A stretch of 64,000 nucleotides of DNA from Vicugna vicugna (Eukaryota). The notes beneath the pieces are model-generated. The model saw only the letters and a program-made list of their open reading frames with translations. It made no database searches and had not been told where the DNA came from. Below, piece by piece: positions 11,526 through 23,500 of the stretch. The stretch is taken from positions 7,269,779 through 7,333,778 of the forward strand of contig MU058198.1 in assembly GCA_013265495.1 (NCBI GenBank), read 5' to 3'. Numbering within the stretch: position 1 is the first letter of the stretch; every line of letters begins with the position of its first letter. The translations under genes were made by a program, and so were the position numbers.

Positions 11526-14500
11526 ATGAACTCCTGCATCATCGTAATGAGACTGCTGCTGTCTGGGCCTTTTCTCTTTGGTAGGCAGGGGAGGTGGGGA
11601 GGGGAAGGAACATGTGTCTGTGACCGAGGAAACTGCAGGGCTTTGTTAAACTGGAGTAAATGAGCGGCTGTTCTAAGGGTAGGATCGGCCATAGGTAATG
11701 TTGGGGCCCAGGAATCATGGAGGGAGAATGAGAAAAAGAAAGTCAGGGTCCAAAATATAGGCCAGGTATGAAGGAAAAGACAGGGAAGGGAGACAAAGGT
11801 GGCAACAGTGAGATGGGGGAGTGGGCCCTTAAAAAATGGTGGATGGTTAATGGGTATGTAGAGCTGGCCTAGGGTCTGGTCCTAACCGTACTACCTCTCT
11901 GTGCCATCTTAGGCAAGTCCTTTCCCCTTCTGGGGCCTCAGTGTCTCCATCTGAACAAATGGCGGGGCCAGCATCTCTGACATCCTAAGATGCTGTGATA
12001 TAAACCTGAGGCCTGGAAGGAAAGCAGGACCAGAAAGGACAGTTTAGGGCTTTCAGATGACGCCCAGGCTCACCAGGTTGGGGAACGTGATGGGGGAATT
12101 TGAGATCTAATGGGTACGGAAAAGATTGGTCCATGTGGAGGTGGGGAGTGAGGGAACATTTGATGAGTCAGGAGGCAACTTCGCGGGATCAGGGTATCTT
12201 GAACTTTCACAGGGAGAAAGACTGAGGCTAATTATCTCAGTTTTCTGGGTGGCTGAGCCCCAGGCCCAGGGGAGAGGTGGGTGTGTGGGGAGAGGCACCC
12301 TGCCTTGGGGCATCCCCTTCACTTCCCGGACCCCTGGGTCTGCTCCTCTCTCACAGGCTTCTGCCTGCTCATCCCTCCTTCTTTGCTGAGATGCCAAATA
12401 GGAAGTTTGTCCTTCCCAGGCCCTGGAGCTTCCAGAGCTCTGGGTAGTAGGAAGTAACTGCTTCCATATTTCCCAGTGCCCAGGCCCTCAAAGAGGGGTC
12501 CAGAGGGCAGCTTCCAGCTCTGCCTCAGGTGTGGGCAGCCTGGGGAGGAGGGAGCAAGGTCCTTGAAGGTCGGGCTGCCCACCTGGGGCACGTGGGCAGC
12601 GTCCAATCATCACCTGCCAGTCGGGGTGGGGCATGTGAGGGGGTGGGGGGGGGTCCCCTGGCCAGAAGTGGCTGACGGGCTTCCTGTGTTCCTCAGCCCC
12701 AGCCTGGAGCTACAACCTGGATGTGCGACATGTGCAAAACTTCTCCTTCCCACAAGCCGGGAGACATTTTGGGTACCGTGTCCTTCAGGTTGGAAATGGG
12801 TAAGCTGCCTCCGCAGGCCTTCCCTGCCCTGGCCAGGACCTCCCTGTTTCAAGGAGCGTATGGTGAGATTTGCCAGAAACAGAAGCAAGGCCATCAGATA
12901 GTAGGGTGAGGATGATCCATCGACCTATTGTTAAAGCGCCATACAAGTGTCTGATAGAAGGGGAAACAGCCCTTAATACGCTTTGTAGCACTTCCTAGAT
13001 TCCCGACCCTCTTCCAGACCAGACAGTGAACTCCTTGAAGGCAGGGATTTTGTTTCTCTACCCCTTCTCCCACCCATCCCTGGTATATACCACAGCCTAG
13101 CATATGGCAAGTATGCTATAAATGGCTTCTGAGTTGGTGGCTGATTGAATGAACTCATAATGTGACATTCTGGCAGATCATTCTCTGGGCCTCTGTTTTT
13201 CTAGACTGTAAATGGAAAAGATCCTTAGCCTTCTGCAATTCTGACATACTGGATTATTTATTTGGGATTCAGGAGGGACGAGGTGGGGGCTGAGGAGCCA
13301 CTGGGTAGGGGAGTGACTGAATTGCTTCGGGATACCTTGTCAGGGATCTGAACCCCCTTAATAGGTAGGAGTGGGTGAGTAAAGACCTGGGCAACCCCAT
13401 CTCACAGGTGAGATTTCTCATCAGGGTTGTCGTGGGAGCGCCAGGTGAGGGGAACAGCACAGGAAAGCTCTATCAGTGCCAGCCAGGCACAGGACACTGC
13501 CAGCCAGTCAGACTGAGTGGTGAGTAACTGGTTTGGGAGCTGGAAGGAATGGTGTCAGGAAATCCACGCTGGCCCCACCACACCTGGATTGCCTGAGTTC
13601 CTCTAGACCAATCTTCTGGTGCCTACAGGTTCCAACTATACCTCCAAGTTTTTGGGAATGACCTTGGCGACAGACCCCACAAGTGACAGCCTTTTGGTAA
13701 GAATTTCGTATAGTGTGATATCAGTGCCTGTGAAGCTTGATCTAGGAAAGACAAGCTGAAAGGAAGGGAGAAAAAAATGGATTAAAGATCTTATAGAAGA
13801 TTATAAGTATCAGAGTGATTCAGATTCAATCTGTGTTTATTGAGAACCAACTATCAGCCAGATATTTTTGAGACCCTAGTTTCCTCAGTTTTTTTTTTTC
13901 TGAATATGAAATATCTGTGACCATTAATATATAAGGTGATCTGTGGTGGAATACAGCTTTTAATGTTTTAATAGTTATATTTTTATTTAATGGCTTATTG
14001 GAAAAAAATATACAACGAGTACATCAAATTCATGATTTCTTGGATCCCATTGCTTAGGATGAGGCTAAAGCTTAAAAAAAGTAAATTTAAATTAAATTAA
14101 ATATTAAGTAAGTAATAGTTCAGATGATATGCCCATATGACAGAAACTGAGAATCAGTACACAAATGCTTAAAGGTTAGGAAACACTGCTCTATCTCTTT
14201 TAATCCTCAAGACACTCAGGTGAGATAAGGATGAGTAAATACATTTTACACAGGAGGAAACAGAACCAAAGGGGTCAAAAGACTTGGCCAAGGTCACATC
14301 GTTTTAAAGAGATGGAGGCAGAATTTGAATCACATTCCCATTTGATTCCAAGTCCATTGCTCTTTACAGTTCATCCCAGCAGCATCCTTCTGACACAGGT
14401 CTATGAGAGATAGAAGTCTCAGTGAGTGAAATACTTACCCAGTATTTAACTGGAGCTTGATTACTTAGCTGTTATATGCCAGGCATGGTGCTAGGTTCTG

Positions 14501-17500
14501 ATGGAGGAAGGAGAGTGAGATATAAAGATGACCATGACATGAGCTCTGACTTTCAAGAAATTGCAGTGTGGTAGGAAAGATAGTCATAAATGAAAGAAAC
14601 AGCATTGTGTATTCTGGGACTAGGGAGTAATTAGATTTGGCTTGAACACAGAATGTGTGATTGGGTTAGAAGGGGAAGGGCCTGGAAATGTAGATAGCGC
14701 CCAACTGTAAACAATACAAATGCCAAACTAAAGAGTTTAGACTTTATTCTCTAGGCAGTGAGCATCTGTTGGCATATAGCATTGGTAGTAGGGATGGAGA
14801 GATTAATACAAGAAACCTGAAGGCAGAATTACCTTGGTAACCAGTTGGATGTAGGGAATGAAGTCAGGGGATGATGACCCTGAAGGTTCTTGTTCTTGGC
14901 TGATGATGTGCCAAAGACACACAGCAAGAGGAAACCCCAACCCTTTTTTATTTTTATTTTTATTATTTAACAATTTTTTTTAGAATTTTGGGGGGTGAGG
15001 AGGTAATTAGGTTTATTTATTTACTTATATTTATTATTGTTTTTTAATAGAGATACTGAGGACTGAACCTGGGACCTTCTGCATGCTTAGCATGCACTTT
15101 ACCACTGAATTATACTCTCCCCACCAACACCTTTTTATATCTCTGCTTCCTCCAGGCCTGTGACCCTGGACTGTCTCGGACGTGTGACCAAAATATTTAT
15201 CTAAGTGGCCTGTGTTACCTCTTCCGCCAGAATCTGATGGGTCCCATGTTGCAGGGGCGCCCTGGTTATCAGGGTAAGGAACTGGGGATCTGGTGGGTAA
15301 AAATGCCTCCAGGTGGTCGCCCACATATGGGAACCAGCATGGGCAGGCCAGCCACTGGAGCCCCTTTACCAAGCCCCTTTGTGTCTGGCCTCTGCAGAAT
15401 GTATAAAGGGCAACGTAGACTTGGTATTTCTGTTTGATGGCTCACTGAGCTTGCAGGAAAATGAATTTCAGAAAATTCTAGACTTCATGAAGGATGTGAT
15501 GAAGAAACTCAGCAACTCTTCCTACCAGGTAAATATACCAGATTCCTGGCTGTAGGGAATAGATGCCTACCTGAGCTAGCTTAAGGCCTAAAAGGAAAAT
15601 TTAGTATATGGTGTCTCTGGAACCTAAGGGCATGACTGCAGCTAGATCCTCTGCTCCCAGGATTCTCCCCAGTTCTCATTTCTGTTTTCTGCTGGCTCTA
15701 ATTTCCCTCTTCTCTTTCTCTTCCTCTTTGGATCACATGGGCCTGTGGAAAGCTCCCAAGTTCACATGTTAAAGTTTTGGGAGGTTTTTGTTTGTATTTT
15801 TAAATCTTCCTCTCAAGCAACCCCTCCCTCTACAAATTCCACCTTTTCAGAGAAGAGACTCTGACTGGCCTCACCTCAGCCAGGTGGCTGTCTTTGGCTC
15901 AACCAGTTGTGTCCAGTGTAGCAGGGTCACTCGGAAGAAATATGGTCACTAGGAACCATTTCTGTCAGTGAGGTAGGCAGACCCAGAGAACTGGAGCCCA
16001 GCAGACAGCATTACATAAGGGAGTGGAGGTTTATTTAATTTTAGTTCTGTTTTTTTATATACAACCTTGTCTTAAAATTTTTTTTCCTTCCAGTTTTACT
16101 GAGAAATAATCCACATGCAGCACTGTATTGGGGGGGTAATTAGGGTTTATTTGTTTGTTTATTTTGATGGAGATACTGGGGAGTGAATGCAGGACTTTGT
16201 GCTTGCTAGGCACGTAGTCTACCGCTGTGCTGTCTTCTCCCCCTCAACCTCAATTTCAAAAGCATGACTTGAGGCAGGAATGTGGAGCTGGGTTGCCCAG
16301 GTCCTGGATCAGAAGCAGAGACTGAAGCGGACAAGTGGGAAGGGCTATGTAATGACATTTCATGTCTTCCTTCTTTTTTCTAGTTTGCTGCTGTTCAGTT
16401 TTCCACGAACTGCAAAACAGAATTCACTTTCTTGGATTATGTTAAACTGAGGGACCCTGATGCTCTGCTGGCCAAAGTCAAACACATGAAAGACTTGACT
16501 AATACCTTTAAGGCCATCAACTATGTCGCGTGAGTTCACTTTATCATGAGAGAGCCCATCCATCAGTTGTTCCGTGTGTCCTAGCTTTTTCAAGTTACAA
16601 AGCATAGGAACTCAATAGGTGGGTTCAGCAAGGGGAAGATTATTTGTAAGAATTCAAGTGGAGCAATTTTAGTCCAGTTTCTTTTTTTTTTTCAACTGAA
16701 GTTTAGTTGATTTACAGTGTTGTGTCAGTTTCTGGTGTACAGCATAGTGATTCAGTTATACATATATATATTCTTTTTCATTACAGGTTATTACAAGATA
16801 TTGAATGTAGTTCACTGTGCTATGTATTAAGACCTTGCTGTTTATCTATTTCCTATATAGTAATTTATATTAGTCCAGGTTCTTTTGATTGTAACAGGAA
16901 CCTACTTTATACCAACTAGATCCCAAAGGGAACTTCTTTTTTTTTTAAAGATATTTTTATTGAAGTATAGTCAGTTTACAATGTTGTGTCAATTTCTGGT
17001 GTACAGCACAATACTTCAGTCACATGGAAACATACATACATTTGTTCTCATATTCTTCTTTGCCATAGGTTACAAGATATTGAATATGATTCCCTGTGCT
17101 ATACAGTATAAACTTGTTGTTTATCTGTTTTATATATATCAGTTAGTATCTGCAAATCTTGAACTCCCAATTTATCCCTTCCCACTCCTGGTAACCATAA
17201 GTTTGTTTACTATGTCTGCAAGTCTGTTTCTGTTTTGTAAATAAGTTCATTTGTCTTTTTTTTTTTAGATTCCACATATAAGTGGTATCATATGGCATTT
17301 TTCTTTCTCTTTCTGACTTACTTCGCTTAGAATGACATTCTCCAGTTTCATCCATGTTGCTGCAAATAGCATTATTTTATTATTTTTTATGGCTGAGTAG
17401 TATTCCATTGTATAAATATACCACAACTTCTTTATCCAGTTATCTGTCAGTGGATGTTTAGGTTGTTTCCATGTCTTGGCTATTGTAAATAGTGCTGCTA

Positions 17501-20500
17501 TGAACATCAGAGTGCAGGTATCTTTTTAAATTAAGGTTCCAAAGGGAACTTCTTGAGAGGATACAGGGATAGCTCATGAATCTTTGGGACAGAGAGTATT
17601 GCCAGGATGCCTGAGGGACTAGAACCAGGACTTGGAAAGTGATTGTGAATGATGGAAGCCACAGGAGAGTCATATCTTAGATGGAAATCAGGTTTTGAAC
17701 TCGGTGTATGAACACAAATCTCAAACAATCAAATTATTTTTGAAGAATTCTTTGAATTGTTCATAAAAGTCAATATAGTCATGTCCCACATTGGAAACTA
17801 GCACATCCTCATTTCCTAAATCTACCAACCCAGAGTTGGATCAGATTGCTGTCTTTAAATTGAAGCTTAGATGAACATAGATGCTGTGTCCAGCGCAGCT
17901 CAGGACCATGTCTGAGGACAGATAACGCAAGACTTAAGAAACAAAGAGACAAAGAAAAGAGCAAAGATGGGACCAGGGCACTCAAGATCTCGTGGATCTA
18001 GAGCGCTGAAAGCCTGGTCAACATCATATTCATTAGGAGTATACAGCTCAGGAAATATAAGATCAAAGAGGTGGGGCTTTAGATATTCCATGTGATAAGC
18101 ACTAAATTCTGCTTGCTGCTTAACTGATTAATCTCAGGCCTATCCCTTCCAGGAACAATCACCCTCCTCAGGTTATGCAAAATGTCTAAGTCTGTCCTGT
18201 TATTGCCTCTGGGACATCTCGAGATAGCAAATACTTCCCTCGGGTTAAACAGCATGCTTTCATGCCAGAACAAAGTTCTGTTAATGGATGATCTGGCTTT
18301 CCAGGACCGTCCATTGTTTTACTCTAGGAAATATCTGCCCTCCTTCATGCCCTTATGGTCAGTCTCAAGATTTCTCCTTACAAATTTTCTTTAGCACAAT
18401 ACGTGTTATAGGTCATCTACTGTGTAAAACATTAAAAACAAAGCAAGTAAGTGCATTTTAAGCAAGAAAGTGTGAATATACTATTTTAAACTCATGGGAA
18501 TCTAGGTGTGGCTTGTTTTCGAGCTGCTTGTTATCCAGCAGCTTGTTTCCCAGCAGTTGGACTGTGTTAAAGGGCCATATTGTATATTTTTTGAAGACCT
18601 TTAAACTTTAGAGTGGACCATGGAAACTGAGACCAGTTTGGGGAGTAAGAGAGTTAGACCTCCTATCTCATGCTCCCCTGGGGCATGCACTAAAATTGAG
18701 TGAAAAAGCAGGAAGGACCTCCTGTACTATTATTACACTATTTTTCTCATTTCCATTAGTTTGCCAAACGTGTACAGTTGAATTTGCATAAGTTAAACAT
18801 GCATGTGCTATATCTCCTTAAGACTCTGCTGGTGTTTTCAGCTCTTTCCTTCCGGTGCTCACTTGACCTGTCACATCTACCTCATTCTTCTCTCTCTGTT
18901 GACAGCTTTGAGGGGTATGTGGTCGAACCGTGTCCACTGGAAAAGTGATAGCCACAGTGCCTCAGTTCAGGTGAACAACCTGAATTCTAACTTCCAAGAG
19001 AGAAACTCTGATTGGCTGAGCCTGGGTTGTGTGTCCGGAGGTCCACCCACCTATGGTCTGGGTCTGCTTTATGGCTTAGAGTCACAAGGCACAAACTGGG
19101 ATTCTGGGATCCCATCTCCATTGGGAAGGGGGCCAATCTTAGAGAAAGGGGTACCATGGGATACCCCAAAATGTGTCATCTGTGGGAACAAAAAGAAGCA
19201 GTCACTGAAATGTGTTTCATAAATAATTTTGGACCATCTGGCTGCATGTCAGGCAGTGTTCCAGGTCAGGACTTGGCAGATTTTTTTTTTCTGTAAAGGG
19301 CAAGATACTAATATTTTCGACTTTCCTGGCCACATACAGCATCTGTTGCATATTCTTCTTTGTTTCTGGAACTCTTTAAAAACAAAAATATACAACCCAC
19401 TTTTAGCTCAGAGACCATACAAAAACATGCCGTGGGCTGGGTTTGGCCTGCGGATTTTTGTTTGCCACATTCCAGGTGCTGGGATTTAACAGTGAATGAA
19501 ACAAAGGAAAATCTCTGCCCTCCTAGAGCTTAACATTCTAGTAGCAGAAAAAATTTCAGTAAACAGGATAAATAAATAAATGGGATAACAGAGTAGAAAA
19601 TGTAAGCTTTATAAAGAAAAACACAGCAGTGTTCAGTAGGAAGATTGGGGAAGGATATGTCTGAGCAAAGACTTGTCGGAGGTGAGGCAGCCAACCATGC
19701 AGATACCTGGGGGGAGAGCGTTCCAGGCACACAGAATAGCAGAGGCCCTGATCCCATGCTGGGGATGTTCGTGGAAGAACCAGGACACCAGTGTGGCTGG
19801 AAAGAAATAAGTGATGGGTTAAAGTAGAGATGAGGTCACAGAGATCAGGGAAGTCTGGGTGAGTCAGGGACTTGGAGCCCATCGTGAGGACTTTGGCTGT
19901 TCCTTTAAGATGAGAATCATTGGAGGTTTTAAGCCGAGGAGTGATCATCTGATTTATGTTTTTAAAAGAGTCCCCCTGGCTGTAAGGTTGATATTAGACT
20001 GTGGAAGGGGCAAGGATAGAAACAGGGAGGCCAGTTAGCAGGTTATTGAAAAATCTAGATGAGAGATGGTGGTGGTTCAAATAAGGATGGAAATTCATGA
20101 CCACGATCCATGACAGGCCATGTTTGTGTGGATGGAGGTTAGGGAAACATCTGCATCCAAAACAGAACTAGAGGTCTTGTCAGCAGGTGGTTTTGACCTT
20201 GCCCATCTGAGTTCCTCTGTCTTTGGCAGCTTCTGAGTAGCTTTCCTGCCCTCCTCTCTGTATCTCTTCACCTCCCACTGTGGCCTCTCCCTGTGACTTT
20301 CAGCTTCTGTTCCCAGTGCAGGCCATGACATAAATCAGGGGTTGTGGATTGTCGCCTCTTAAATTGATCGTCCATCTTTGGTTAGCTGTGGGTTGAGGAG
20401 AGAGAGTTCAAACAGAGCTGCTGTCTCAGCAGAAACTGGGGGGCAACCTGTCTTGCTTCAGAAGGAGGCTGTGGGCAGGGCAGGAATTTGGAGACTTGAC

Positions 20501-23500
20501 CTGTCCAGCATTCAGTCCTCCCTTCTTTCTTTTCTGTCACATGCACTGAGCACCTACTACAGAGTAGGCTGGTGCCAGAGTCAGGAGCCAGAGGTACAGC
20601 ATGGTTCTTTCTTTGAGAAACTCATGGTTTGGGGAGAGTCACTTTGATTACCCAGGAGATTTGCTGCAGCCGAGATCTACAGGCAACCTGGCAATAGTAG
20701 GGGGGGCAGAGGAGGTGCTACATGCGCTTGCTCTGGAAGGGTGACTTTCCACTTTTCTTTGGCCATGGAACCCATCCTTGTGCTGACATCTCCCTAAGAT
20801 TACCAGCATGTCTAACTGATTAAAGGGTAGTCACCATGAGATTGAAATGGGGGGGTAGGAATTCCCGAGTCTTCCTCCCACTGCCCATGGACTCAGGGAC
20901 AACCTTATGGCTGCCCAGATTTCAGCTGAGGACCACTGGTCCAGAAGCATGAATATAGCAGCAAGGGTGAGGAAGGAGGTTCAGAAGAGAACTTTGAAGG
21001 CTGGGAATACCCGCCTGGGTATTGTGAGAAGGGCTGTTGCATCAGCAGCAGGGCAGTGACTGAATGAGCAGGCTGAGGGAAAGATCTCAGATGATGTAGG
21101 AGGACCCTCTCACACACTCCCCTTTTCCTGGACATAGGACTGAGGTGTTCCGGCAAGACCTGGGAGCCCGACCAGATGCCACCAAAGTGCTTATCATCAT
21201 CACTGATGGGGAAGCCACTGACAAAGACAACATTGAAGCAGCCAAAGACATCATCCGCTATGTCATTGGGGTATGGACCCCAGGTCCTTGCTTCTTCTTA
21301 CGTCCCATCTTCCCTCTCCTGTTTCTGAACCCCACTCCTTTTTCTCCCTGGGGCTAGGGTCTTGTGAAAATAAGAAAATTGGTCCACAATTCTCGGGACG
21401 CCTGATCTTCACTTTTCACTCCCTCACAGATTGGAAAGTATTTTAAGACCAGAGAAAGTCAGAAGACACTCCATGAATTTGCCTCAACACCTGTGAAGGA
21501 GTTTGTAAAGATTCTGGACACATTTGAGAAGCTTAAAGATCTATTCACTGAGCTGCAAAAAAAGATCTATGACATTGAGGGTGAGTGGCAGACCCTTGGG
21601 AGAGAGGGTTCAGGGGGTTGTATACAGAAACTCATTTGGGGCATTAGATTAGAGACACAAGGGATAGATTAGAGAGTGCTTGCATTGGTAAGAGCTCCCC
21701 GGATAAAAGACCTCAGATGGGAACTTAGGGGAGAGTGATTTAGGAGCGGCCTCTGTTTCCCTCTGAAATTCTGTCTTCCTCTTGAAGCTCAGCCTGGTCC
21801 AGGGTGGGGCCCTGGGCTGACCTATATCTTGTTGGTGTCAGCTGGCCCCTGTTGAATGACCATAATTCCTTCCACCCTTCACTCAGCTCCCTCATTGTCA
21901 CTTATCCTAGGCCTCAAATTACTTAAGATGGGCAAGCGGGCAGGAGCCAAGTGCAAGGAGCCCACAGGCCCTCTTCCTTGGCCCAAAAAAAGAGAAGGTT
22001 TTGATTGTAGTTGCCAGATGGAGGACTGGCTATGGGAGAGTATTTCCCCAAGTAGCCTAGGTGGCTGAAAGTTACATGATTCCACCAGGAAGCCCCTTTG
22101 CTAGAACATAGCTTGGTATTCAGTTCAGTTGAAGAGGCAATGCATTATATATAATGGGACCAGGTGGACCTGCTCAAGAATCCACTCTGCCTGTGCTGTG
22201 TGACCTCAGCCAGATCACTTTCCCTCTCTGTGGCTCATTGTCCTCTGTTATATGAGGATAGCAATGCCAATCTCAGAGAATTGTAAAGTTTAACTGCTCT
22301 GTTATTTACCTAGGGCTGCTGTAACAGAGTACCAAAAACCAAATGGCTTAAAGCAAGACAAATGTGTTGTCTTGCAGTTCTAGAGGCTATAAGTCAGAAA
22401 TCAAGGGTTGGGCAGCGCCATGCTCCCTGTGATGGTTTTGGAGGGAATCCATCCCTGCCTAACTTCCTGCTCTAACTTCCAGTGTTTGCTAGCAGTCCTT
22501 GGTGTTCCTTGACTCACAGCTGCATCACTCCAGTCGCCTGGCCACCCTCTCTCTGTGTGTCTTCACATCTTCCCTCTGTGTCCAAATTTCCCCTTTTTAT
22601 AAGGACAGCAGTCATACTGGATCAGGGCACACCCTAGTGAGCTCACTTTAACTCCATTATCTCTGTAAAAACCCTATTTCCAGATAAGGTCACATTCTAA
22701 AGTACTAGGGATTAAGACTTCAGCCTGTTTTCTCTAGGGAACACAATTCAAGCCCTAACAACTGTTTAGCAAAGTGCTCGGTACTTTGTGGGCTCTCTGT
22801 ACCTGGTAGCTCTTATCTCTCCCCTTACCTGCCCTGCCCTGACTCATACTTCAGATCGTGGTCTAGATGTCATTCCCTCTGATAAGTTCTTGCCGGTCCC
22901 CAAGTCTTCGTACTCCTTCCTGGGGCTGCTTTAACCACTGTCTGTTCCCCATCACAGCCCCTGTGACACACCTTGTACATTGTCCATTAGAATTCTATCT
23001 CTCACACTAAACTGTGAGGTTGATCATGGCAAACATCGTGCTTGCCTTTTCATCACTGTATCCCCAGCACCAAATAGTTAGTGGCTCTAAATATGTCCTT
23101 AGCAAATGAACAAATCTACATAATAATTGTTACCTTTCTTGAAAGCTCAGAGATCACAGGCACTTTATCTGTATCATTGAATCTGTTCCACTCTGAGATA
23201 ACTGTTGAGCTGAGACATGAGAGATGAGATTCCAACAGCCACATGAGGAGTGTGGGCAGAGAGCACTGACTCAGAGAGGGGAGCAGATGTGAAGGCCTGG
23301 GTGTGGGGTAGGGCTCGGCATGTCTGAGAAGTAGGAGGACAGGGCAGCGTGATAGGAGTAGGGGTGGGAGGGAGAGAGAAGGTTGGAGAGGAATGCAGGG
23401 GCCTTCCAATCTACAGACCAATGGGAAGTAACAAAGGGTTTTTAAGAAATTGAAAGATGAGTTCTGATGTACATATTTTTAAAAGATTATTCAACTTACT

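Noticed and set aside
17265..17507. 80-aa ORF with clean protein-like sequence
   Set aside because: It is the C-terminus of L1 ORF2 in a truncated insertion, not a host gene.
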